Below are positions 54,916 to 64,000 of a DNA stretch of 64,000 nucleotides, in pieces. The notes below the pieces were generated by a model. That model had not been told where the DNA came from and searched no databases. It saw only the letters and a list, made by a program, of their open reading frames with translations. A program made the translations under genes and the position numbers. The stretch is from an uncultured cyanobacterium (lineage in GTDB: Bacteria > Cyanobacteriota > Cyanobacteriia > Cyanobacteriales > Nostocaceae): contig OY970166.1 in assembly GCA_963706595.1 (NCBI GenBank), forward strand, positions 3,808,001-3,872,000, given 5' to 3'. Within the stretch, counting starts at the first letter, position 1, and each line of letters opens with the position of its first letter.

Positions 54916-55536
54916 GTGTCAAACAACTCCAAACCCCTGATCTTAGGCATATCTGGTGCATCTGGTCTGATCTACGCCGTTCATGCCCTCAAATATCTGC
55001 TCGCAGCAGACTATGAGATTGAACTAGTAGCTTCTAAATCAACTTACATGGTCTGGTCCAGCGAACAGGAAACACGAATGCCAGCTGAACCAAGCGCACA
55101 AGAGCAATTTTGGCGAGAACAAGCTGGAGTAGCTGTTGGGGGGAAACTACGCTGCCATCCTTGGGGTGATGTAGGAGCCGGAATCGCTAGCGGTTCTTTT
55201 CGCACCTTGGGGATGATTATTATGCCATGTAGCATGAGTACAGTAGCAAAGATAGCAGGTGGCTTAAGTTCCGACTTACTAGAACGGGCTGCGGATGTCC
55301 AGATTAAAGAAGGGCGAAAGCTAGTCATCGTTCCCCGCGAAACCCCATTTAGCCTGATTCACCTGCGAAACTTAACAACTTTGGCCGAAACTGGTGTCAG
55401 AGTTGTACCAGCCATTCCGGCTTGGTATCACAATCCTCAAACCATTGAGGACTTAGTTGATTTTGTAGTTGCCCGTGCTTTAGATCAACTAGATATTGAT
55501 TGCATTCCCATTCAACGTTGGCAAGGAAGTAAGTAA
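54916..55536 (+). CDS. ubiX: Flavin prenyltransferase UbiX
   Basis: GISGASG, IASGSF, PCSMST, RAADV, PRETP. Confidence 0.95.
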   Translation: MSNNSKPLILGISGASGLIYAVHALKYLLAADYEIELVASKSTYMVWSSEQETRMPAEPSAQEQFWREQAGVAVGGKLRCHPWGDVGAGIASGSFRTLGMIIMPCSMSTVAKIAGGLSSDLLERAADVQIKEGRKLVIVPRETPFSLIHLRNLTTLAETGVRVVPAIPAWYHNPQTIEDLVDFVVARALDQLDIDCIPIQRWQGSK

Positions 55537-55590
55537 CTCTTGCCCTTTGCCTTTGGCTTTGATTGAGTAACTTTGACTTTTGCCTTTTCT

Positions 55591-56307
55591 ATGGCTGTAA
55601 TTCGCTTAATTCTGTTAGTAGCAGTACTAGGAATACTCACACTGTTGTTAGTTCAAAATTGGTCGCCTGTTCTATCCCTCGTCTTTTTGGGTGTGCGAAG
55701 TCTATCATTACCCCTGGCAATGTGGATTTTTTTTAGTACTGCTGCTGGTGCTTTCACATCCCTATTCATTAGTACCTTGCTGAAGGTATCAAACTATTTT
55801 GGGGAACAACAACGCCAAAGACCATATAAATCAGCTGGAACTTCACCCCGCGCGAAAGCGACAACATCTAGGGAAGAACCTCAACCACCCCCTTATAGAC
55901 CTTCGACCGCAGCTAGTCAAACAGAGTCAGCTACCAGTAAAGCATTTGATGATTGGGAGACAAATGATCGTAGAAACGATGATTGGGACTTTGATGAACA
56001 ACCACCACAAGCACCTACTCCCAGTCCACAAACTCCACCAGTTCGAGACTCTCAAAGCTATGAACGCCAACAAGAACCTCAAAGCCGTTCCCAATCTGGT
56101 TCGGTTTACTCCTACAACTATCGTGAGCCGAAAAATACTGCGGTAGGAAAAACTGAATCCGTGTACGATGCTGATTACCGGGTCATCATTCCCCCTTATG
56201 AACCACCGACGACTAACCAAGTGGATGAACAAGGCGATGATGACGACGATTGGAAGTTTTTTGAAGACGACGATTTTGAGAATGAAGATGAGCGATCGCG
56301 TCAGTAA
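55591..56307 (+). CDS. LapA-like membrane protein with long acidic/Pro-rich tail
   Basis: Two TMs with LVQNWSP; VYDADYRVI; DDW repeats. Confidence 0.75.
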   Translation: MAVIRLILLVAVLGILTLLLVQNWSPVLSLVFLGVRSLSLPLAMWIFFSTAAGAFTSLFISTLLKVSNYFGEQQRQRPYKSAGTSPRAKATTSREEPQPPPYRPSTAASQTESATSKAFDDWETNDRRNDDWDFDEQPPQAPTPSPQTPPVRDSQSYERQQEPQSRSQSGSVYSYNYREPKNTAVGKTESVYDADYRVIIPPYEPPTTNQVDEQGDDDDDWKFFEDDDFENEDERSRQ

Positions 56308-56315
56308 GCTCTGAA

Positions 56316-56510
56316 TTACTGGGATAATACACGCTGACGAGACTCCTGCTTAACCTTACCGTTCATAGCGGCCTCTTGCAAAGCCATGAAAGCATTGAAA
56401 TCTTCCAAGTCATACTGGGTAGTCAGCAGATGCCGTAGTTGGTTTTCTGCTTCAACAGTCAGATAGCTACTTGCTAAAGCTTTTTCTACTACGTCACGAA
56501 TTCGAGTCAT
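56316..56510 (-). CDS. Small hypothetical protein (64 aa)
   Basis: AAGAGG RBS-like site upstream; amphipathic helical sequence. Confidence 0.72.
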   Translation of the reverse strand: MTRIRDVVEKALASSYLTVEAENQLRHLLTTQYDLEDFNAFMALQEAAMNGKVKQESRQRVLSQ

Positions 56511-56871
56511 TGTTGATGCCTCTTACATACCACATTAATTTATTTGGTCTTACTCTGATGGGATATGCAGTAACTACTGTTACTAAATCTTCAAGTTGAT
56601 GAACTTCAGGGGTCAAATGTTAAAAAACAAGTCATTTTTTACACTGGAATTTGCTCTAATTATTGATATAGGCTTGTTATAACTAAGTTTGATAAGTTCA
56701 ATACTGTGCTTTTAAAAACATAGTATTTTGTACAACTAAAATTTCCCACCAGAATGAGTCCTGTTGGTTTGTATTGACAGAATTTGTCTGGATAAAGTTT
56801 CATCGAAACTTTATAAAATTTCATTGAATCATTAAATATACTTAATAAAAAATTACCAACTGGTTTTATTT

Positions 56872-57122
56872 TATAGCTGGGGAGTAGGGAGTAGGGAGTG
56901 GGGAGTTAGTTAAAACCCTTTTGGTGTCTAAGTTTGATTATCCGTTCAGGTCTTCACCTCTTTGGCGGTTGCTATAACTCGTAGAAATACTGTATAAGTA
57001 ATATTACATACAGATTTCAATTAAATTAAAGTATAGCTGGGCAGTAGGGAGTGGGTTAAAACTCTTTTGGTGTCTAAGTTTGATTATCCGTTTATGTCTT
57101 AACCTCCTTGGCGGTTGCTATA
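56872..57122. mobile_element. Two direct copies of a TA-flanked MITE (56872-56976 and 57032-57122)
   Basis: tatagctggg...cttttggtgtctaagtttgattatccgtt...ttggcggttgctata occurs twice. Confidence 0.8.
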
Positions 57123-57180
57123 ATTTTAGAAGTTAGGATGGATAATAGTGAAATTAACCCTAACTGGAGCAAAACGACTG

Positions 57181-57726
57181 GTGAGTAGCTTATTGCAAGG
57201 AGTCAACCTGTATTTAATTGGCATGATGGGCGCTGGTAAAACGACGGTAGGACAATTACTAGCAAAGCATCTGGATTATAGATTTTTAGATACTGATAGT
57301 GTAATTACTCAATCGGCAGGAAGATCAGTCAATCAGCTTTTTGCCGAAGAAGGTGAAGCAGAATTTCGCCAGTTAGAAAGTGATGTATTGGCACAAGTGT
57401 GTGCTTATACGCGGTTGACCATAGCCACAGGTGGCGGCATAGTTTTACGGACAGAAAACTGGAGTTACCTACACCACGGTTTAGTTGTGTGGTTAGATGT
57501 GCCAGTGGAATTACTTCACACCCGCTTGGCAGAGGATACCACAAGACCATTATTACAAGATGCTGATCCTCAAGGCAAATTGCGATCGCTTCTCGAACAA
57601 CGAACACCACTTTACTCTCAAGCTGATCTCAAAATCACGGTAACAGAAGAAGAAACACCTGAAGAAATTGCTAACAGAGTCATAGAATCAATCCCCAGCG
57701 TTCTGAAACCAGAAGTTTTGCATTAA
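57181..57726 (+). CDS. aroK: Shikimate kinase
   Basis: GMMGAGKTT, FLDTD, GEAEFR..E, ATGGG, RPLL; GTG start at 57181 or 57148. Confidence 0.95.
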   Translation: MSSLLQGVNLYLIGMMGAGKTTVGQLLAKHLDYRFLDTDSVITQSAGRSVNQLFAEEGEAEFRQLESDVLAQVCAYTRLTIATGGGIVLRTENWSYLHHGLVVWLDVPVELLHTRLAEDTTRPLLQDADPQGKLRSLLEQRTPLYSQADLKITVTEEETPEEIANRVIESIPSVLKPEVLH

Positions 57727-57739
57727 ACATCGAGCATTG

Positions 57740-57925
57740 TTACTGTCCAAATTCCAGCCTAGCCTGTTCCACCAAATCGGCTGTTACAGCCTTTTTCTCG
57801 GCTTGACGTGCTAACTGTTCAATTCGGGCTTTAGCTTGGGAACGGGCAAAAAAGGGAATATTTTGCAATTTTTCCTGAGCTTCTGATGTCCAGCCCAAAG
57901 CATCTGTAAAATTTGATTCGCTCAT
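57740..57925 (-). CDS. PCP_red (ChlB C-terminal-like) domain small protein
   Basis: [28 protein letters not shown] pattern; ATG at 57925. Confidence 0.82.
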   Translation of the reverse strand: MSESNFTDALGWTSEAQEKLQNIPFFARSQAKARIEQLARQAEKKAVTADLVEQARLEFGQ

Positions 57926-57977
57926 ATTATTTATTGCTCGTGCAATTAGTTTAATTGTGCCATATCCCAGCGCCAAT

Positions 57978-58006
57978 AAAAAAAGCCCCTGTTGTTAAAC
58001 AAGGGC
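57978..58006 (-). terminator. Intrinsic terminator of psbDC
   Basis: gcccctgtt-gtta-aacaagggc stem next to an A7 run (U-tract on the minus strand). Confidence 0.65.
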
Positions 58007-58049
58007 AAATAAAGCATTCGATTGTCAGTGATGAAATAAATTTTCCAAC

Positions 58050-59438
58050 CTAGTCAATGTCATCCATGAACATAACTGGCTCAGTCTCACGGTTGATTCC
58101 TTTTTCAAAACCACCAGCAGCAGCGCGAGCGCGACCCGCGTGCCATAAGTGACCAATTAGGAAGAAGAAACCTAATACGAAGTGAGATGTTGCCAACCAA
58201 GCACGAGGAGATACGTAGTTGAAAGAGTTGATTTCAGTAGCCACACCACCTACAGAGTTCAAAGAACCCAAAGGAGCGTGAGTCATGTATTCAGCAGCAC
58301 GACGTGCTTGCCAAGGTTGAATATCATTCTTGACTTTATCTAAGTCAAGACCGTTAGGACCACGTAGAGGCTCTAACCAAGGGCCTTGGAAATCCCAGAA
58401 GCGCATGGTTTCACCACCGAAGATGATTTCACCGGTAGGAGAACGCATCAGGTATTTACCCAGACCTGTAGGACCTTGTGCAGAACCGACGTTAGCACCT
58501 AAGCGTTGGTCACGAATCAAGAAGGTCAAAGCTTGAGCTTGAGAAGCTTCTGAAGCTGTAGGACCAAAGAATTCGCTGGGATAAGCAGTATTGTTAAACC
58601 AAACCATGACAGAGGCGATGAACCCCATCAAGGAAAGAGCGCCCAAACTGTAGGAAAGGTAAGCCTCACCAGACCAGATGAACGCACGACGCGCCCATGC
58701 AAAAGGCTTGGTGAAGATGTGCCAAATACCACCAGAAATACACATCAGGGCAATCCAGATGTGACCACCGATGATATCTTCCATGTTATTGACGCTGATA
58801 ATCCAACCTTCGCCACCGAAGGGAGCCTTAATCAAATAACCGAAGATTACAGCTGGGTTTAATGTTGGGTTACTAATAACACGAACATCACCACCACCTG
58901 GAGCCCAGGTGTCGTAAACACCACCAAAGAACATGGCCTTCAGCACCAACAGGAGCGCACCACATCCCAGGATGATCAGGTGGAACCCGATGATGTTAGT
59001 CATCTTGTTCTTATCTTTCCAGTCATAGCCAAAGAAGGAGGAATACTCTTCTAAAGTATCTGGTCCACGAACGGCATGATAAATCCCGCCAAAACCCAGC
59101 ACAGCTGAAGAAATTAAGTGGAGTACACCAACCACAAAGTAAGGAAAGGTGTCAAAAATTTGACCACCAGCACCAACGCCCCATCCTAGTGTGGCGAGGT
59201 GAGGAAGCAGGATCAAACCCTGCTCGTACATGGGCTTTTCAGGAATGAAGTGAGCGACTTCAAATAAAGTCATCGCTCCCGCCCAGAATACAATCAAACC
59301 AGCATGGGCAACGTGAGCGCCAAGCAGTTTACCAGATAGGTTGATTAAACGAGCGTTACCAGACCACCAAGCAAAGCCTGATGATTCTTGGTCACGTCCG
59401 CCGCCTAATACAGTTGATCTATTAGAGAGCGTTACCAC
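58050..59438 (-). CDS. psbC: Photosystem II CP43 protein
   Basis: [25 protein letters not shown] start overlapping psbD. Confidence 0.99.
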   Translation of the reverse strand: MVTLSNRSTVLGGGRDQESSGFAWWSGNARLINLSGKLLGAHVAHAGLIVFWAGAMTLFEVAHFIPEKPMYEQGLILLPHLATLGWGVGAGGQIFDTFPYFVVGVLHLISSAVLGFGGIYHAVRGPDTLEEYSSFFGYDWKDKNKMTNIIGFHLIILGCGALLLVLKAMFFGGVYDTWAPGGGDVRVISNPTLNPAVIFGYLIKAPFGGEGWIISVNNMEDIIGGHIWIALMCISGGIWHIFTKPFAWARRAFIWSGEAYLSYSLGALSLMGFIASVMVWFNNTAYPSEFFGPTASEASQAQALTFLIRDQRLGANVGSAQGPTGLGKYLMRSPTGEIIFGGETMRFWDFQGPWLEPLRGPNGLDLDKVKNDIQPWQARRAAEYMTHAPLGSLNSVGGVATEINSFNYVSPRAWLATSHFVLGFFFLIGHLWHAGRARAAAGGFEKGINRETEPVMFMDDID

Positions 59439-60483
59439 GCGGTAGAACCTCCTCTGGGAATACGAATTGTTTGTGAGGCTGATCTTGAGGAGCCATCCAA
59501 GCGCGGATACCCTCGTTCAGCAAAATGTTTTTGGTATAGAAAGTTTCAAACTCTGGGTCTTCTGCTGCCCGTAATTCTTGGGAAACGAAGTCATAAGCCC
59601 GCAGGTTTAGTGCTAAACCAACAATCCCAATTGATGCCATCCATAAGCCAGTGACTGGCACAAATAGCATAAAGAAGTGTAACCAACGTTTGTTGGAGAA
59701 AGCAATCCCGAAAATCTGTGACCAGAAACGGTTTGCTGTCACCATTGAGTAGGTTTCTTCTGCTTGGGTGGGGTTGAAAGCTGGGAAGGTGTTAGAAGAA
59801 CCTTCGCCGTCTTCAAACAAGGTGTTTTCTACTGTGGCTCCATGAATGGCACACAATAGCGCACCACCCAAGACACCTGCTACACCCATCATGTGGAAGG
59901 GGTTGAGTGTCCAGTTGTGGAAACCTTGCAGGAATAGTAGAAAACGGAAGATTGCAGCTACACCAAAGCTAGGTCCAAAGAACCAGCTTGACTGTCCCAA
60001 GGGGTACATCAGAAATACGCTGACGAATACCGCAATAGGTGCAGAGAAGGCAAGAGCGTTGTATGGACGGATGCCTACTAGACGGGCAATTTCAAATTGG
60101 CGCAACATGAAGCCAATCAATGCAAAGGCTCCGTGTAGGGCTACGAATGGCCACAATCCACCCAATTGGAACCAACGGGTGAGGTCGCCTTGAGCTTCGG
60201 GTCCCCACAACAATAGTAGGGAGTGTCCTAAGCTGTCTGGAGGTGAGGAAACTGCAACTGTTAAAAAGTTAGCTCCTTCCAGGTAAGATGATGCTAATCC
60301 GTGGGAGTACCAGGAGGTGACGAATGTTGTACCGGTGAGCCAACCGCCTAGTGCTAGGTAAGCGCAGGGAAATAATAATATCCCTGACCAGCCTACGAAT
60401 ACGAAGCGATCGCGCTTTAACCAGTCGTCTAATACGTCAAACCACCCTCTTGTACTAGGGGCGCGTCCAACTGCGATGGTCAT
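59422..60483 (-). CDS. psbD: Photosystem II D2 protein
   Basis: [20 protein letters not shown]; ends [10 protein letters not shown]. Confidence 0.99.
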   Translation of the reverse strand: MTIAVGRAPSTRGWFDVLDDWLKRDRFVFVGWSGILLFPCAYLALGGWLTGTTFVTSWYSHGLASSYLEGANFLTVAVSSPPDSLGHSLLLLWGPEAQGDLTRWFQLGGLWPFVALHGAFALIGFMLRQFEIARLVGIRPYNALAFSAPIAVFVSVFLMYPLGQSSWFFGPSFGVAAIFRFLLFLQGFHNWTLNPFHMMGVAGVLGGALLCAIHGATVENTLFEDGEGSSNTFPAFNPTQAEETYSMVTANRFWSQIFGIAFSNKRWLHFFMLFVPVTGLWMASIGIVGLALNLRAYDFVSQELRAAEDPEFETFYTKNILLNEGIRAWMAPQDQPHKQFVFPEEVLPRGNAL

Positions 60484-60927
60484 TCAACTAAAATCCTCTT
60501 TTACTAAAATTGCAACGTTTTTGAAGCAGCGCTATCGGCAATTCTACCGACTTTACGCGAATGCAACGAGGAATTAACGTTTTTTTTTGACAATCCCATC
60601 TGCCTGAAGCATCTGAGAATCTGAGTTTTGACCGTCTTGATGATCGGAGTTTCTCAGAGTTATGCCATTACACGTACCATTAGCTAATTACTAGCCTGTG
60701 GTAACTTAATGATTCTTAACTTATCACATTAGGTTGGGTTTTCGCCCAATCGAGTTCAGTAAATTAGCTATTAAACACAAACTCATTACTTATTATTAAT
60801 ATCAGAATTTTAACAATCTGACACAAGTTTTCTCAGAAAGCTCAAAGGTTTAGTCCCTGAACTTGCACGAAAAGCTCCGGAAATGGCAGACTTGAATAGC
60901 GAAGAACTCACAGGCCAAGGTAGTTCA

Positions 60928-61524
60928 ATGACGGCATCAACAACAATTAACAAAGGCGATTCGTCTAATGGCGATCGCAAACCCTCAAGTATCCTGCATC
61001 AAGATGTTCTGGGTTCTCGTCGGTTTAGTAACTACTGGTGGGCAACTATCGTAACGTTGGGAGCGACAGGCTTCTTTTTGGCTGGGTTATCTAGTTACAC
61101 GAAAGTAAATTTTCTTCTAGTGACCGATGCAACTCAACTGATATTCGTACCCCAAGGGCTAGTTATGGGGCTATACGGCACTGCGGGCTTACTTTTAGCC
61201 TTATATCTATGGCTAGTTGTTTTATGGGATGTAGGAGGCGGCTACAACGATTTCAATCAGGAAACTGGGCGGATAAAAATTTTTCGTTGGGGATTTCCCG
61301 GCAAAAACCGTCGTATTGAAATCGACAGCTATACTCAAGACGTGCAGTCTATACGAATAGACATCAAAGAAGGTCTCAATCCCCGTCGCGCCCTCTACCT
61401 ACGCGTCAAGGGTCGACGAGATATACCCCTCACACGGGTAGGTCAACCGTTATCTTTAGCAGAGTTAGAAACTACAGGCGCAGAATTAGCCCGCTTTTTG
61501 GGAGTACCCCTGGAAGGACTCTGA
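60928..61524 (+). CDS. ycf4: Photosystem I assembly protein Ycf4
   Basis: GSRRFSNYWWA, FVPQGLVM, IFRWGFPGKNRRI; alternative ATG at 60883. Confidence 0.96.
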   Translation: MTASTTINKGDSSNGDRKPSSILHQDVLGSRRFSNYWWATIVTLGATGFFLAGLSSYTKVNFLLVTDATQLIFVPQGLVMGLYGTAGLLLALYLWLVVLWDVGGGYNDFNQETGRIKIFRWGFPGKNRRIEIDSYTQDVQSIRIDIKEGLNPRRALYLRVKGRRDIPLTRVGQPLSLAELETTGAELARFLGVPLEGL

Positions 61525-61706
61525 AGAAGCAGGGGTGGAGGGTGCAGGGAGAAAAGGCAGAGGGGAGCAGGGAGCAGGGAGCAGGGGAGAAAAAACTTCT
61601 TTTCCCATTACCTAGTCCCCAAGCCCCATTACTTAGTCCCGAATACCTAATCTCCGATACCCTAAAAAGAAAAGATAAGATACTCTGGTTGAATCTGTAA
61701 CTGGCT

Positions 61707-62498
61707 ATGCGGTTAAAAATTTCACAATTTCTGGTTGTATTTTTGATAGTCGGTGCTTTGACGTTGGGAGGATGTTCAGGACAGGATGTGACTTCTGATC
61801 CCGCCTCTCCCACCTCGACAGCAGGTGATACAAATACTACGACAACGACTGGTGCAACATCTGTATCTGAAACCATTAATGAGAGTGTTCCTGGAATGAA
61901 AGATTTACCACGGCTCGAAGGTAACGCTACTGTGGTGATGACGGTTAACAGTTCGCCGATTACTATCGAGGTAGACGGCACCAATGCCCCAATTACAGCT
62001 GGTAACTTCGTCGATTTAGTCCAAAAAGGTGTGTACGATGGATTAGCTTTCCATAGAGTTGTCCGCGATCCCCAACCTTTTGTAGCTCAAGGGGGCGATC
62101 CTCAAAGCAAGGACCCAAAATTTCCAGCCAATAGACTGGGAACTGGCGGTTATGTTGATCCCAAAACTGGGACTGAACGCCGGATACCTTTAGAAATTAA
62201 GCCTCAAGGCGCTGAAAGCCCAATTTATGGCAAGACTTTAGAATCGGCTCGTGTGACTAAGCCACCTCAGTTACAACATAAACTGGGCGCGGTAGCTATG
62301 GCGCGATCGCAGATGCCAGATTCAGCTTCTTCACAGTTTTACTTTGCTCTCGCGGATCATGCTTTCCTGGATGGTAGCTACGCCGTATTTGGTAATGTTA
62401 CTGAAGGACTGGATGTAGTTAATAAAATTCAGCAAGGCGATCGCATTGAATCGGCTAAAGTTACTCAAGGCGCTGAAAATCTCAAAACACCTGAGTAA
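61707..62498 (+). CDS. Cyclophilin-type peptidyl-prolyl isomerase (lipoprotein)
   Basis: LGGC lipobox; [26 protein letters not shown]. Confidence 0.93.
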   Translation: MRLKISQFLVVFLIVGALTLGGCSGQDVTSDPASPTSTAGDTNTTTTTGATSVSETINESVPGMKDLPRLEGNATVVMTVNSSPITIEVDGTNAPITAGNFVDLVQKGVYDGLAFHRVVRDPQPFVAQGGDPQSKDPKFPANRLGTGGYVDPKTGTERRIPLEIKPQGAESPIYGKTLESARVTKPPQLQHKLGAVAMARSQMPDSASSQFYFALADHAFLDGSYAVFGNVTEGLDVVNKIQQGDRIESAKVTQGAENLKTPE

Positions 62499-62636
62499 GA
62501 GGGAGTAGGGAGTAGGGGAAGAAGAGGCAGGGGAGCAGGGAGCAGGGAGCAGGGGGGAAAGTTCCTAGTCCCCAATACCCAGTACCGTACCCAGTCCCCA
62601 ATACCGAATCCCCAGTCCCCAATCCCCAATTCGGAA

Positions 62637-63794
62637 ATGGTTGTTATTACTGGTATTGGTTTAGTCTCAGCTTTAGGCGCAAATTTAGAAGATAGCTGGC
62701 AAAAGTTAATCGCAGGTAAATCAGGTATTCAGTGCTATCAACCATTTTCAGAACTGGAAGCATATCCTCTGGGTTTGATTGGGACACAACCATCTGAATT
62801 AAAAAGTTTAACTCAGATGGTTGTCGCTGCTGCATTAACAGACGCGGAATTAGTTTCACCTTTACCTGATTGTGCTGTAGTCATTGGCTCAAGTCGCAGT
62901 CATCAAGGTGCTTGGGAATCACTGGCGCGGCAAATGTATGGGAATCATACCCCCGAAAATGCTTTAAGTAATGGGGATGTAGTCTTAGAGAATTGGTTGG
63001 ATTTTTTACCTCATACCAATGCGATCGCAACTGCTCGACAAATCGGTGCAACTGGTATAGTTTTAGCACCGATGGCTGCCTGTGCTACTGGTATTTGGGC
63101 GATCGCTCAAGCCGCGTTATTAATCGAAACTGGGCAATGTCAACGCGCGATCGCCGGTGCTGTAGAAGCCCCTATTACACCCCTCACCTTGTCAGGGTTT
63201 CAACAAATGGGCGCTTTGGCAAAAACTGGGGCTTATCCCTTTGATTTGCACCGAGAAGGTTTAGTATTAGGTGAAGGTGCGGCGGTATTTGTTTTGGAAT
63301 CGGCAGAATTAGCACAGCAGCGCCAAGCTAAAATTTATGGTAAGATTCTTGGCTTTGGCTTGACAGCAGACGCATATCATGCTAATAAACCCGAACCGAA
63401 TGGGAAAAGTGCGATCGCCGCGATTCAGCAATGTTTAAAACGCAGTTCCCTCACCCCAGCCGATATTGATTACATTCACGCTCATGGTACAGCCACTCTT
63501 CTAAATGACAGAGTAGAGAGTAAAATTATACAGAATATATTCCCTTATAAAGTGGCAATAAGTTCCACCAAAGGGGCTACAGGTCATACATTAGGAGCAT
63601 CGGGAGCTTTAGGTGTGGCATTTTCGCTTTTAGCTATGCAGCAAAAAATATTACCACCTTGCGTAGGATTACAAACACCGGAATTTGATTTAAATCTGGT
63701 AATGGCGGCGCGTGAAACTGAAGTGCAGAGGGTTTTATGTTTCAGCTTTGGCTTTGGTGGACAGAATGCTGCGATCTCCTTGAGTAAATTTTGA
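62637..63794 (+). CDS. Beta-ketoacyl-ACP synthase (FabF-like)
   Basis: VVITGIGLVS, AACATG (Cys), HAHGTAT (His), KGATGH (His), SFGFGGQN. Confidence 0.88.
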   Translation: MVVITGIGLVSALGANLEDSWQKLIAGKSGIQCYQPFSELEAYPLGLIGTQPSELKSLTQMVVAAALTDAELVSPLPDCAVVIGSSRSHQGAWESLARQMYGNHTPENALSNGDVVLENWLDFLPHTNAIATARQIGATGIVLAPMAACATGIWAIAQAALLIETGQCQRAIAGAVEAPITPLTLSGFQQMGALAKTGAYPFDLHREGLVLGEGAAVFVLESAELAQQRQAKIYGKILGFGLTADAYHANKPEPNGKSAIAAIQQCLKRSSLTPADIDYIHAHGTATLLNDRVESKIIQNIFPYKVAISSTKGATGHTLGASGALGVAFSLLAMQQKILPPCVGLQTPEFDLNLVMAARETEVQRVLCFSFGFGGQNAAISLSKF

Positions 63795-63825
63795 GAAAGA
63801 AGATTAAGGTTATTTGAAAGGTTTT

Positions 63826-63943
63826 GGGCGAATATAATTCGCTACTACACAAGCAAAGTCCGCCTGCGCGGACTAACTAAAAATTATTTCTTTCCAACCC
63901 ACGAAGGTGGGTTTTGTCTGTGTAGCCGCGATTTCTAATCGCC
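63826..63943. repeat. REP-like composite inverted repeat
   Basis: ggcgaatataattcgc..ctacacaagcaaagtccgcctgcgcggact...ccacgaaggtggg..ttgtctgtgtagccgcgatttctaatcgcc. Confidence 0.65.
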
Positions 63944-64000
63944 AGGGCTTTATAAAATACTATCTTTCATAGATAGACAGCCTCATGAAAAACTTTATCT

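Overview
Chromosomal window from a filamentous, probably heterocystous (Nostocales-type) cyanobacterium: psbDC and ycf4 are present, HIP1 (GCGATCGC) octamers are dense, and there are 7-bp STRR tandem repeats. Housekeeping content includes pstCABB, pgm, a PacL-like ATPase, recF, mobA, clpP, ubiX, aroK, psbD/psbC, ycf4, a cyclophilin and a FabF-like synthase. Accessory content: (i) an AT-rich Schlafen/AlbA_2-NACHT (NLR-like) gene beside an orphan BrnA antitoxin, the best candidate for an undescribed defence module; (ii) a solo Cas4/AddB-like nuclease; (iii) an ~18-kb metal block with an apparently decaying Nrs/Rpp-type RND efflux and two-component locus, tandem NikMNQO-like and CbiMNQO ECF importers, and a multicopper oxidase-lipoprotein-ferritin-FTR1 cluster; (iv) a complete IS50-like IS4 element and many nested MITEs and small repeats. 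These repeats target a REP-like palindrome, form a 5x tandem array, sit in frame inside recF and other genes, and break a translational-coupling overlap. The RNase R-family and PEP-synthase-family genes look catalytically degenerate. No rRNA, tRNA or CRISPR array was seen. All calls come from visual motif reading; no database searches were run.
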